From the NCBI GenBank assembly GCA_951406725.2, contig OX597827.1, forward strand, positions 63,364,001-63,428,000: a DNA stretch of 64,000 nucleotides, in the 5' to 3' direction. Position numbers and translations under genes: made by a program. Source of the stretch: Octopus vulgaris (taxonomy: Eukaryota). The notes under the pieces are model-generated. The model was not told the DNA's origin. It saw only the letters and a list, made by a program, of their open reading frames with translations, and did not search any database. Positions 11,954 to 25,653 of the stretch are shown piece by piece. Position 1 is the first letter of the stretch. Every line of letters begins with the position of its first letter.

Positions 11954-12119
11954 TATATTATATATATATATATACATACATACAGCATACACATATACAT
12001 ACATATATATATACATATATACGTGCGTACATCCACACACACACACGTACATACATACTTACACACATGCAGAAAGATATACATACATACATACATGTAT
12101 ACATCTATATACTGAATAA

Positions 12120-12475
12120 TATAGCAGAAATTCATCCGATGAATTTTTCTCAATGAACAATTATTTTATTGTTAGCAAATTTTCCGTCAACCAAACGTTA
12201 TTTCGGCGATTACGTCATTATCATGTTTCACATGAATTACATTTAGCACTTTAGAGACTCTTTCAAAATTTCGCCTTAACGCTCAGATTCCATATTGTCC
12301 ACTGAACGTTAAGGCGATATTTCTAGTGGGTCTCTAAAGTACTATAATTTTCATTAACTCTGAAAATAGCGTATTCAACGAAATATCGATTGGTGGATGG
12401 ATAATTTGTGTACAATAAAAAGAAATTTGTTAGTTAAAAAAAAAAAAGCTATTGCATAAAATATCCTGCTACTAT
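12120..12475. mobile_element. Old palindromic foldback/MITE
   Basis: Arms pair across a 15-nt loop at ~12287-12301. Example: CTTTAGAGACTC...CGCCTTAACGCTCAG pairs with CTGAACGTTAAGGCG...GGTCTCTAAAG. The outer arms are also complementary. Confidence 0.75.
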
Positions 12476-13084
12476 TTTATTCAAAATTACATTATTAACA
12501 TGGTGTGTCTATAAAATTCTCTAATACTTAAAAAAAGAAAAAAGGATTCAAGTTCACACCGCTGCCGGGCGATAGAGATCTAGAGGAGAGATGAATGAAG
12601 AAGACCAACTGTTGTTATTAACGGCATCACGCTGGTGAGATGAGATTTCAACGTGACTTCGTTTTTTCACTTCACTGGAGGGTTCTGGAAGTTAAAGAGA
12701 TATTTGATAAAATGGCTGACCGTTTATTTCAAAGATTTTGTGGGGGGTTTGTGAAAACGAACTATCAAAAAAAAAAAAGAGCGGAGAAAGGGTGAAAGAA
12801 GACGTACAAATAGATACTCCATTTGTATATCTATTTGTATATACTAGAGAAGTTTACTTTCACTTTCGTTTCAATTGTTATTCCATCTGCTGAGTCCTAG
12901 GGTGACGTAAGGGGACAGCTTGTGCAGACTTAATCAGCTAGAAGCGCACAGTAAACTACAACTTTCGAAAGTACAGTCAATTACGAAGTGTCAAAAGTTT
13001 CATCGCGCACTCCAGCAACTTGGTTGCCTACATAATTCGACTTTATCATCTAATTTGCCAAACAAGTAAACGCAGAAATTTGTA

Positions 13085-13702
13085 TACATACATATATACA
13101 TACATACAAACATACACACATGCATACACACATGCACACACATACATTACATACATGCACACTCACACATACATTACATACATGCACACTCACACATACA
13201 TACATACACACACATACGCGCACACACACATGCATACACACTTACACACACTCACAACACGTACATACATACACACACCCCCACACATACACACTCACAC
13301 ATGCATGCATACATACACACACATACATGCACACACACATGCATACATATTTACACACATTCACAACACGCACATACATACATACATACACACACACTCA
13401 TACATACACACACATGCATACATACATACATACATACATACATACATACATACATACATACATAATACATACACACACATACATACACACAGTTTTATCT
13501 GTTTAATTCATTGTCTATATGCATACATACAGGGATACGTACATACGTACATACGTACATCCATCCATCCATCCATCCATCCATCCATACATACATACAT
13601 ACATACATACATACATACATACACACACACATACATACATACATACATACATACATACATACATACATACATACATACATACATACATACATGCATGCAT
13701 AC
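13085..13702. repeat. (CATA)n/(CA)n microsatellite tract
   Basis: Visible directly in the sequence. Confidence 0.95.
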
Positions 13703-13883
13703 ATGGTGATTGCCCCATCTTCAGAAATGATTGACGGCTCCTTGTGCTTCCCCGTTGTCAATGGCATTTCCGGCTCTCTGCCCACAACCTCTCTGATGAC
13801 CATTCAATCTTGTTCTAAATCTGCATGGTTTGAAGTTATAGGTGACAGAAGAAAGCTGTGCGCTTCCAGCTGATTAGGTCCCA

Positions 13884-14545
13884 GGCGGCGAGCGGGCAGA
13901 AACGTTAGCACGCCGGGCGAAATGTGTAGCCGTATTTCGTCTGCCATTACGTTCTGAGTTCAAATTCCGCCGAGGTCAACTTTTCCGTTCATCCTTTCGG
14001 GGGTCGATTAAATAAGTACCAGTTACGCACTGGGGTCGATGTAATCGACTTAATCCCCTTGTCTGTCCTTTTTTGTCCCCTCTGTGTTTAGCCCCTTGTG
14101 GGAAGTAAAGAAATCGGTATTTCGTCTACCGTTACGTTCTGAGTTCAAATTCCGCCGAGGTCGACTTTGCCTTTCATCCTTTCGGGGTCGATTAAATAAG
14201 TACCAGTTACGCACTAGGGTCGATATAATCGATTTAATCCGTTTGTCTGTCCCTGTTTGTCCCCTCTGTGTTTAGCCCCTTGTGGGTAATAAAGAAATAG
14301 GTATTTCGTCTGCCTCTACGTTCTGAGTTCAAATTCCACCGAGATCGACTTTGCCTTTCATCCTTTCGGGGTCGATTAAATAAGTACCAGTTACGCACTG
14401 GGATCGCTGTAATCGAAATAGGTATTTCGTCTACCGTTACGTTCTACCAGTTACGCACTAGGGTCGATATAATCGATTTAATCCGTTTGTCTGTCCTTGT
14501 TTGTCCCCTTTGTGTGTAGCCCCTTGTGGACAGTAAAGAAATACG
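13884..14545 (+). mobile_element. Meta-domain-like SINE with tandemly repeated ~184-bp body (about 3.5 bodies)
   Basis: Head GGCGGCGAGCGGGCAGAAACGTTAGC, B box GAGTTCAAATTCC, and central GCCTTTCATCCTTTCGGGGTCGATTAAATAAGTACCAG. Confidence 0.85.
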
Positions 14546-15174
14546 AAACTACCCCCTTACGTCACCCCAGGTCTCAGCAGATGGAATAACAATTGAGGTC
14601 ACCCTAAAGAAACATCTGTACAGCATTGGATTATAGTTATAAACGCTTGTACAACACGAATACCATTCCCTGAGTCTCTGTAATTAATACCCAGAGACAA
14701 ACAGAAGTTCGATGCCCAGTAATCACATAAGCTGGTGGTTTTATATCAAAATGCCTTTCTCCTAGAAGATGCAGTGACAACTACTTAGGATATTTCACTC
14801 CTCGTGGTTCTACTGCGAGCCCTGACCCCAGCCAAGTGTATTTCTACGGCCCCATGCTGTGGATCGATCGTCATTACATATGCTTGTTAATCCCATAGTT
14901 GGGATCCCGCCAGATGCTACTTCTCGGCGTCAGAGAAGACTTGGGGGCAATGAGAGGTAAGTGCGGGTTCCTCACTCCTCAAAACCTTGCGGCATCAAGT
15001 AGAAACCCCACTACTTTGAAGTTTCGGCATAATAGTCTTCATCAGTCTAATTTAAATATGTAATAATTGTGAACTCTAACAAAACGTATTGGGTAATACT
15101 AAATATTAAAGCAGGATTGTTTTTATTGTAACTTCACATACATACACGCACATACATATATACACAGACACATT

Positions 15175-15223
<49 letters not shown>

Positions 15224-15271
15224 ACATACGCATATTTATGCGTGTGTGTGTGTATATACACGCACACACAC

Positions 15272-15352
<81 letters not shown>

Positions 15353-15521
15353 ATATATATATGTATATATATATATATATATTATATATATATACACATA
15401 TATATATGCATATATGTATGCACATGTGCACATATGTATATGCACATATATATACATATATACCTATATATACACATATATATACATGTATATATATGTG
15501 TGTGTAAGCACACACACACAT

Positions 15522-15565
<44 letters not shown>

Positions 15566-16169
15566 GCACGCACACACAAACACACACACATACATACACA
15601 TACGCATACACTCACACACAGAGTTTACATTGTGGGTTACACATCATAGAGCAACGCATTTCCAAGCATCCGAAATGACCTTGTACAGTTTAACCTATCA
15701 TGCTTTCACTAAGAAATAAATTGAATTTGATTTTCACAATGTGTCTGTGTCTGTGTATATGGGTGTGTGGTCGTGTGGACGGTTGTGATTATGTGCGTGC
15801 GTGTGACTGTGTGTGCGTGTGAAAAGAAGAAGAAAAAACAGTTGTACTGTGTCTGTGTATGAGCGATGTGTAGACGTGTGAGCGAGTGTGTCTGGTTTGC
15901 TATAGTGTTTTGTATTACTGAGTGTGTCAGAGGGTGCACATGGGCATATGCAGACACAGAATAGTTAGATGCCTAAGCCATTAAAGCTGGGTGTGCTTGC
16001 GTGCGTGCGTGTGTGTGTTTGTGTGTTTGTGAATGTCTGTATGTGTGCGTGTGTGTGTGTGTGTGTTTGTGAATGTCTGTATGTGTGGGTGTGTGTGTGC
16101 GTGTACATGTGCGTGTGTGTGTGCATCAGTTATGAGAATTCAATGTGTATGTGCGTGTGAGTATAGACA

Positions 16170-16183
16170 GGTAGGTAGATAGC

Positions 16184-16248
<65 letters not shown>

Positions 16249-16251
16249 GGA

Positions 16252-16303
<52 letters not shown>

Positions 16304-16530
16304 AAAAGAAAGAAAGGAAGGAAGAAAGATAGAAAGAAAGACAGAAAGAAAGAAGATGAGTAGAGAGACGGAGAAAGAGTGAGGTATACAGAAAGAAAGA
16401 TAGAAAGAGAGAATGAGAGAGAGGGAGACAGAGAGAAACAGGCAGTCAAATAGAAAGAGAGAGAGAGACATACATACACACATACATACATACATACATA
16501 CATACATACATAAATACATACATACATACA

Positions 16531-16564
<34 letters not shown>

Positions 16565-16678
16565 CATACATACATACATAAATACATACATACATATATA
16601 CATACATACATACATACATACATTCATACATACATACATATATACATGCATACATACATACATTCATACATACATATA

Positions 16679-16712
<34 letters not shown>

Positions 16713-16882
16713 CATGCATACATACATACATTCATACATACATATATACATACATACATACATACATGCATACATACATACATTCATACATACACACACA
16801 TATACATACATACATACATACATACATACATACATACATACATACATACATACATTCATACATACATACATACATGCATACA

Positions 16883-16916
<34 letters not shown>

Positions 16917-17165
16917 CATACATACATACATACATACATACATACATACATACATACATACATACATACATACATACATACATTCATACATACATACATA
17001 CATGCATACATACATACATACATACATACATGCATGCATACATACATACATACATACATACATACATACATGCATGCATACATGCATACATACATACATA
17101 CATACATACATACATACATACATACATACATACATACATACGTACGTACGTACATACATACATGC
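16170..17165. repeat. (TAGA)n, (GAAA)n and long (CATA)n microsatellites
   Basis: Visible directly in the sequence. Confidence 0.95.
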
Positions 17166-17730
17166 AAACACACAGCTATACTGTGTACTAGTAAAAATGA
17201 GACGCATGTATATGCACATTTAGCAGTACATATATGACGTACGACTCTATATAGGTATACATACATGCAACAAAAATAAACATTCAGATCTGCGCATGCT
17301 CCGACTTGCACACATACAGTTATACACTCGTACCCTGTTGATGTTCCTAAAATTTCCGTGAAGTACCTTGGATCTGGGTTAGAAACGAACCCTTCGGTGT
17401 CGACGCCACAAGAATTTTGTAAACTTTCGAGAGAACGTGAAATAATTCATTTTTGGAAGAGTGGTTCTCGAAGTATACATAAAACCATAACTAACAGCAC
17501 GTAAGTATTGGGTTTAAAACAACTTCTGATTGGTAGCAAAGTTGTAAGGGAAAGCGTCTTGGTTTAACCGTCATCCTTTAAATCTTAAGAAGGTCTTGCA
17601 GATTTTTATCGTTCCAGATATTACGCTTATTTATAGAGTATGAATTAAGGATTTGTGTTCTGCCCTCAATAACCCACGTTCAGCCAGAATTTGCTCCGGA
17701 CGGACTGGTATGTAACCTTTTGCTCCAAAA

Positions 17731-17742
17731 ATAATAGTAATG

Positions 17743-17812
<70 letters not shown>

Positions 17813-17828
17813 TAATAATAATAATAAC

Positions 17829-17877
<49 letters not shown>
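17731..17877. repeat. (AAT)n microsatellite, probable target of the adjacent RLE retrotransposon
   Basis: Visible directly in the sequence. Confidence 0.95.
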
Positions 17878-17878
<1 letters not shown>

Positions 17879-18310
17879 GGCTGTAACTGAAGGAGAAAAT
17901 GTAACCATTCTGTGGGACTTTCCAGTACATACAGACCGAACCATCAAGGCCAATAAACCAGATATTGTTGTGAAAGACCAAAACAATAAAGTTTGCTTAT
18001 TGATCGACATGAGCATCCCCTGTGATCATAATATCTCAGCGAAAGAGTTTGACAAGCTCAGAAAATATAAAGACCTACTCATTGAAATTGAGAAAATGTG
18101 GCATCTCAAGGCGGTTACAATACCAGTGATCGTAGGAGCACTAGGAATGATCAAGAAGGGAACCGAAAATTATATGAGAATGATCCCTGGCTTACCATCC
18201 CTGCAAGAAGTGCAAAAGATTGTCTTAACTGGTACATCACACGTATTGAGAAGAGCATTGTCGATGTGAGAACTGTTGCTGCTCATGTATTTTAATTTAA
18301 CTTTAAAAAA
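17878..18310 (+). mobile_element. 5'-truncated R4/Dong-like non-LTR retrotransposon; restriction-like endonuclease domain (frame open to stop at 18269)
   Basis: Translates ILWDFPVHTDRTIKANKPDIVV...LLIDMSIP...KLRKYKDL...IPVIVGALG, a PD-(D/E)xK RLE pattern. Abuts (TAA)n. Confidence 0.88.
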
Positions 18311-18514
18311 ATAAAAAAATGATGGAGAAAATTATGATAATCGTGGTGATGATGGTTATGATGATGATGATGATAATGATGATTACGAGGATGATGATGG
18401 TGGAGACGTGGTGGGGGTGATGATGGTAATGACAGTAAGTTCTCCACCTTTCTTTATATGCATGTATGTGTATATGTGTATGTGTGTGTGTGTGTATGTA
18501 TTATATATATTCTC

Positions 18515-18721
18515 TTATTCTTTTATTTGTTTCAGTCATTTGACTGCGGCCATGCTGGAGCATCGCCTTTAGTCGAACAAATCGCCCCCCAGGACTTATT
18601 ATTTGTAAGCCTAGTACTTATCCTGTTGGTCTCTTTTGCCGAACCGCTAAGTTACGGGGGTGTAAACATACCAGCATCGGTTATCAAGCGATGGTGAGGG
18701 ACAAACAGACACACAAACACG

Positions 18722-18813
<92 letters not shown>

Positions 18814-18977
18814 CGACGGGCTTCTTTCAGTTTCCGTCTACCAAATCCACTCACAAAGCTTTGGTCGACCCGAGGCTATAGTAGAGGACACATGCCCAAG
18901 GTGGCACGGAGTGGTACTGAACCTGGAACCATGTGGTTGGTAGGCAAGCTACCTACTACAAGCCATGTCTGCGCCCA
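18515..18977 (-). mobile_element. Full-length CORE-type SINE with internal microsatellite and LINE-like tail
   Basis: tRNA-like head, CCTTGGGCA CORE-like box, internal (TA)/(TG) tract, and tail AAGGCGATGCTCCAGCATGGCCGCAGTCAAATGACTGAAAC. Confidence 0.9.
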
Positions 18978-19035
18978 TATACAGTCATGTCTGCGCCATA
19001 TATACATACAGGATTTATTTTCGATTTTCGTCGAC

Positions 19036-19662
19036 TACACAGTGACGTAGGGTCCGTTGGGCACCGTCTGTGAGAAAAACAGCACCATCACGCATTTCAC
19101 TCTATCAGAAATTATGAAAGCCCAGGCTATACTGCTTGGCATTCGCATCGGAACCTCCAATACGAACAGATGGTGAACAGACAGAACAACCGTTGGCTTG
19201 CCGCGTTCCCAAGATATGTACCGAGAGGGACAAAAATTAAACATCCAGTCATCACGGTGTTTGGAGCGATCACTAGTGATGGCAACGCTGTGCCTCCATT
19301 CATCTTCCCACACGACAGTACGGATGATTCAACACGGAGGACGACATCAAACGCCTGGAGGATGTAGTGCTGCTCTAGGTCAAGAGGGTGGCTGCTGGAA
19401 GAGCCTGTGTCTGGCAGCAGGACTCCTCACCATTCAACACAAACACGAGAACTCAATCATGTCTGTGAGAGGTGCAAGAAGTTCCGAAGTCATCTGGAGG
19501 CCGTGATCGAAGCCAATGGCGATTTTAATTGAATAAATTTACTCTTTAGTGTTTCAAGATAATTTTATGTAATTTTGATAAATAAAGCTGTTAACATGAG
19601 ATGTCACTGTTATTTTTCATTTTTGCGCAATTTAGACGACAATATATTCATCGCACTCTGTG
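19036..19662 (+). pseudogene. Internally deleted DD37D/maT-like mariner remnant
   Basis: Translates NRQNNRWLA...VPR...KHPVITVFGAITSDG...PPFIF, then VWQQDSSP. The end resembles RFR-LEAVIEANGDF. Homologous to 4015-4689. Confidence 0.75.
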
Positions 19663-19670
19663 TGTTGTAT

Positions 19671-19764
<94 letters not shown>

Positions 19765-19912
19765 ATTTATGTATGTGTACTCACAAGTAAGCATATAGAT
19801 GTGAACAAGGGGGGAAAAGATCGTATTTGAAATACCAAAGGTACAGTGATGTGCTTCTATATATATATACGTATATATATGTATATATATATATGTGTGT
19901 GTGTGTCTGTAT

Positions 19913-19945
<33 letters not shown>

Positions 19946-20232
19946 TATGCATGTCCTTTAGAATGTGCATATATATTTCAGTAACATACATCTATAAACA
20001 TATACATGCTTATGTGAATGGGTGCAACGTGTGTAATAAGAGTATGCACAGTGATAATGGTGGTGGAGAGGAATAAACGTCCGTATAAGCATATAATATG
20101 TCTGTGTGTATGAAATGTCATCGAAGAGTTCATTAAAAACAAACATCACAACAAATTTTGGAAACACAGACAAAACTAATACAATTTACACAAGACTTCA
20201 ATAATAACACGAATAGATAGATGTAATATATA

Positions 20233-20523
20233 TAGTGGTTAGAGCAGCGAACTCGCAGTCGAGGGATCGCGGGTTCGAATCTCAGACCGGGCGATGTGTG
20301 TGTTTATGAGCGAAAACACCTAAGCTCCACGGGGCTCCGGCAGAAGGTAATGGCGAACTTCTGCTGACTCTTTGGCCACAACTTCCTCTCACTCTTTCCT
20401 CTTGCATCTTGCAGCTCACCCGCAACGGAGCGGCGTCCCATCCAGGTGGGGAACCTATACGCCAAGAAAAGCGGGAAACCGGCCCTTATGAGCCAGGCAT
20501 GGCTTGAGAAGGAACAAACAAAA
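20233..20523 (+). mobile_element. tRNA-headed SINE with V-domain-like segment
   Basis: Contains GTGGTTAGAGCAGCG...GGGTTCGAATCTC and CCCGCAACGGAGCGGCGTCCCATCCAGGTGGGG. A copy lies at 26205-26517 (-). Confidence 0.85.
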
Positions 20524-20634
20524 ATATACATATATGTGTGTGTGTACGTGTGTGTGTGTGAGTATGTGTATGTGTGTATGTATATATATACATGTATGTA
20601 TGTGTGTGTATATATATATATATATATACATACA

Positions 20635-20670
<36 letters not shown>

Positions 20671-21258
20671 TATGTATATATATATACATACATATATATA
20701 TATATATATATTTACATATATATATATATATTTACATATATATAATGATTCACTAGTGTTTCTATGTGGTGAAAGTTTCGCTTCCCAAGGTTTCGAGTAC
20801 AGTCCCGCTCCGTGGCAACTTGAGCAAGTGTTATCAACTAAAACTGTGGGTCGGTCAAAGCTTTGAGAGCATCAGGTACTGGAAGAGGCATCGCATTTTA
20901 TTAAGATTGATCTCTGTTATCTCCACTATAAGAAGAGAGGGCTGTATCCCGAAGAGAGTAAATGTAGACAATTTATGTATTTTTAATATATTTTAATGGA
21001 TAGTTTACCGGTTTCGCATTTCGCTAATCATGACAAAAAAATTGGTGAAAATATTGCAATCCCGTATTTTTTTAAAGTGGTTTTTAGACCATGTTGTTCG
21101 TATGAGAATTTGTTTGTAAATGAATCAGCGTCTAGAAAAAATGTAAGGGGAGGTAACTGGTGATTACGAAACCTCTTCTAATCCGCACTAATATACTGGT
21201 ACCTGTTTGTCATTTACTTATTCTTTGGAAGATCCAAAAGTTAAACCCACACACACAT

Positions 21259-21339
<81 letters not shown>

Positions 21340-21399
21340 TACGACGGGCTTCTTTCAGTTTCTGTCTACCAAATCCACTCACAAGGTTGTTCATGGAAG

Positions 21400-21648
21400 A
21401 CTAGCTGTCGCCCATGCATACCAATCTACCCTCTCCACGGCACCGATTTTATCCATGGAAAGGGCAAAGGCTGGTACAGCTTGGCACCATTGACGTCGCA
21501 ACTCATTTTTACAGCTGAGTGAACTGGAGTAACATGAAGTAAAGTGTCTTGCTTAAGAACACAACGCACAGCCCGGTGCGGGAATCAAACTCACTACCTT
21601 ATGATTGTCAGACTGACGCTCTAACCTCTGAGACATGTGCCTTCACAT
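21400..21648 (-). mobile_element. CORE-type SINE
   Basis: Reverse complement shows a tRNA head then GTGTTCTTAAGCAAGACACTT...CACTCAGCTGTAAAAATGAG. Confidence 0.8.
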
Positions 21649-22189
21649 GTATCTATGTATGTCCTCACGCCTGTCTCCTCTCATAAGCTCGTCCTTCTAG
21701 CGTTCATAATAATTTTTCACATCGACTTGGCTTAACAGCCCTCACCATTTGTTTTTACTGTTTTGTTCTCACTTTCCTGTTTTTATTACCACTTTCACCC
21801 TCCGCCAAAAAATCCCAAATTTTATTTAATTTGCGTTGCGGGAAGGACTGTTTCAACAGAGTCGCGTATTGTCCTTGCCTTCGTAACGCGGAGTAGATGA
21901 AACAGGGACAACTCATTTATATATTATTTATATCATTATATGTATATATATGTGTATGTGTGTATTTGTGTATATAATCAACCAGAGAGGGGTTAGTGCG
22001 TAAAGATATATGATGCATAGGCACGCACTCAACAGTGGTCCACGTATAGACGCAATCACACGCATAGACAGACATGCGTGCACGCGAAATTAGACGCGCG
22101 CGCGTACAGATACGCACACACATGCATACACACCTCACTGAAATTTATTTGAGCACATGTACACTATACATGAGTACGAGTATATACTC

Positions 22190-22590
22190 TTTTACTCTTT
22201 ACTTGTTTCAGTCATTTGACAGTGGCCATGCTGGAGCACCGCCTTTAGTCGAGCAAATCGGCCCCAGGGTTTATTCTTTGTAAGCCCAGTACCTATTCTA
22301 TCGTTCTCTTTTGCCGAACCGCTAAGTTACGGGGACGTAAACACACCAGCATCGGTTGTCAAACGATGCTGGGGGGACAAATACAGACACACAAACATAT
22401 ACACTCACATACATATTTAAGTACATATATACGACGGGCTTCCTTCAGTTTCTGTCTACCAAATCCACTCACAAGGTTTTGGTCGACCCGAGGCTATAGC
22501 AGAAGACACTTGCCCAAGGTGCCACGCAGTGGGACCGAAGCTGGAACCATTTCGTTCGTAAGCAAGCTACTTACCGCACAGCCACTCCCA
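22190..22590 (-). mobile_element. Full-length CORE-type SINE (family of 18515)
   Basis: Same head, body and tail as the copy at 18515. Confidence 0.9.
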
Positions 22591-22914
22591 CATTCACATA
22601 TACCTAGACATACATGCATACATACAGGTATACATGCATAAATACACTATATATATCCAATCACATATACATAAATGCGTTACTTATATACATACATAAA
22701 AGAGCCGCTTCCACATACACACACTCACATACACATACACACGCGCTTCGATTACATTTATTTGCACACACGTACTCATACAAGTGAATAAAGATATACA
22801 TACATATGCACGCACATGCATAAATATAAACACATACACGCACACACACACACACACACATGCACATACACACGCACACACGCATGCATAGAAAGAAAAG
22901 TAGAGATCTTACTG

Positions 22915-22943
22915 TCATCACCATCATCATCCCCACCACGTCT

Positions 22944-22976
<33 letters not shown>

Positions 22977-24359
22977 TCACCACCACGATTACTATCATTC
23001 TCCATCATAATCACCACCATCACCATAACCATCATCATCATCAGTTTCACCATCATTACCACCACTACCACCCCCACCCCCACCACCATCATCGTCATCA
23101 TCATCATCATCACCACCATCATAACTACCACCATCATCATCACCACCATCACTTCCACCACCACAATCATCGTCTTCGTCACCATCATCATAGCTATCAC
23201 CATCATCACCACCACCACCATCATCAGCAACGTCATCACCACCACCACCACCAACACCAACACCATCATCATCGTCATTGCAACCACCACTAGCACCACC
23301 ACCACTACAACCACTACCATCATCATCATCGTCATCATCGTCATCATCAATTACAGCAGCATCGTGGGACGGGAGGAGGGGTGGGGCAGACGACTGTTCT
23401 GTAATGTTGTTTGTTTTTTATTTGTATTTCTTTATTTGTCATTGAATACTTATTGTTTTATTTCTATTTTATTTTTATTTTTATTTCACTTTATTTCTAT
23501 TTTATTTTACTTTATTTCTATTTTATTTCATTTCTATTTTATTTCATTTCTATTTTATTTTTACTTTATTTTATTTTATTTCTGTTTTATTTCATTTTTA
23601 TTTTCATTTTATTTTATGCTGTATTTCATTTTCCACCGTTTTTATTGCTGTGACCTTAACTATTAGTAAAAGGTCAAGTGTGGAGAGCTTGCTTGTTTAG
23701 TAAAGTTTCCTTAAGCTAGCGGTAGAAGAAGAATTTCAGGAAAAGGTTCTTTTACAATACGAGATTCCGCAGACATTCTGAGACTTACTGAAAGGTCAAT
23801 TCTACCGAAAGGTCAAGGGGCGGTGGTGGGGAGTGAAGGGTGGTGGGGGTGGAGAAGCTGGGCGGGTGGGGGGTGGGGGAGATATGATTTCGATAGCTTC
23901 GGATGATTGCCATAGCAACGACTAACGCAAGGTGATGGTTTTAGAAACGATGTTGTTGACGTCTTCGATGGCGGTGGTGGTAGTGGTGGTGGTGGTGGTG
24001 GTGGTGGTGGTGGTGGTGGTGGTGGTGGTGGTGGTGGTGGTGGTGGGGATATTGATGGTGATGGTATTGGTGGTGGTAGTGTTGGTGGCGATCGTAGTGG
24101 TGATATTGATGACGGCGATGGTAGTGGTGGCGGTTGCAATTGTGGTGATGGTGGTGGTGGTGGTAGTAGTGGTGGTGGTGGTTGTGGTGGTGGTGGTGGT
24201 GGTGTGGTGGTACTGCTGATGCTGTTATATAAGGTGTGATTGTGGAATTGTTGTGGTGATGGTGGTGGTGGTAGAAGTGTGAATGGTATTGATTGTGGTC
24301 GTAGACTGGAAGGAAGATGGTAACAGTGCTGGTGGAAGTTGATTAGTGGTGGTGGTGGT

Positions 24360-24391
<32 letters not shown>

Positions 24392-24790
24392 TGATGGAGT
24401 TCATGGTGGCATTGGCGGCGGCGTTGATGGTGATGACAATGGTATTGGTGGTGGTAGTGGTGGTGGTGATGGTGGTGGTGGTGTGGGTGGTGGTGTAGGT
24501 GGTGGTTGTGGTTGGTTGGTTGGATGGTTGTTTGATGGACATAGTACAAATAATGTTATTTCTGGTGTTGCTGTAGTTGTTGTTGTTGTCGTCGTCGTCG
24601 TCGTCGTCGTTGTTGTTGTTGTTGGTGGTGGTGGTGGTGGTGGTTCACGATAGCAGAAGTGGTGCTTGTGGTCGATTTGGCGATGATGATGATGATGATG
24701 ATGATGATGTTGCTGATAGTGTTGATAGGTGTTGTCGTAGGTGTTGGCGGTGCGGTGGTGGCGGTGGCGGTGATGACGATGACGACAGAA
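22915..24790. repeat. Trinucleotide/low-complexity island: (CAT/CAC)n, (TTTTA)n, (GGT)n, (GTT)n
   Basis: Visible directly. Encloses a unique core at ~23640-23960. Confidence 0.9.
23651..23815. promoter_or_regulatory. Cluster of four AGGTCA nuclear-receptor half-sites, three of them perfect AAAGGTCA (NBRE)
   Basis: TGACCTT at 23651-23657; AAAGGTCA at 23669, 23791 and 23808. Confidence 0.45.
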
Positions 24791-25340
24791 CTATTGGCGT
24801 TGTTACACTTCGTGCTATTTAATTAGTCCACTGGTATTTTGTTTCTTTTATTTATTTATTTATCTATTTATTTATTTATTTATTTATTTATTTATTGTTT
24901 CCTTTTGTTACTCTTTGCACAATTCGTGTTAAACCGCCTATTAGAAGGATGAGACTTGTAAGTAGTTAACTACGTTATCGTACGTACTTTTACGTAGATA
25001 ATGACGGATCTTAACGGATCTTGACGAATCGTGCCGAATTGCGTTGGATAGTCGCTGTTCGTGTCGGGTCGCACAGGTCAGTATTGAGATTTACAATACG
25101 TGAAACTATGGCGAATGGTAGAATTGTTACTGGTTATGTTGGTCTGTGAAGGGCCGTATCGTGAGTGGACCCCTGTTGGAGAGTTTATTATATCGATAAT
25201 ATAGTCAAATGCAGTCACTGAATTTCGGAGGAAAAGCTAGTTGTGGTTTGTATCGGCAAAAATCAATAAAAATAGATTCGAACTTGAATATTTTTATTAC
25301 AGTTGTCTTGCCTACCGAAGACTGGGTTTTTAGATATATA

Positions 25341-25543
25341 GCGCAGGCGTGGTTGTGTGGTAAGAAGCTTGCTTCCCAACCACATGGTTCCGGACTCAGT
25401 CCCACAGTGTTGCACCTTGGTTGGACAAGTGTCTTCTACTATAGCCTCGGGCTGACCAAAGCCCTGTGAGTGAATTTGGTAGACAGAGACTGAAAGAAGC
25501 CCGTCGTATATATATATATATATATATATACATATATATATAC

Positions 25544-25589
<46 letters not shown>

Positions 25590-25603
25590 TTGTATGTATA
25601 TAC

Positions 25604-25653
<50 letters not shown>

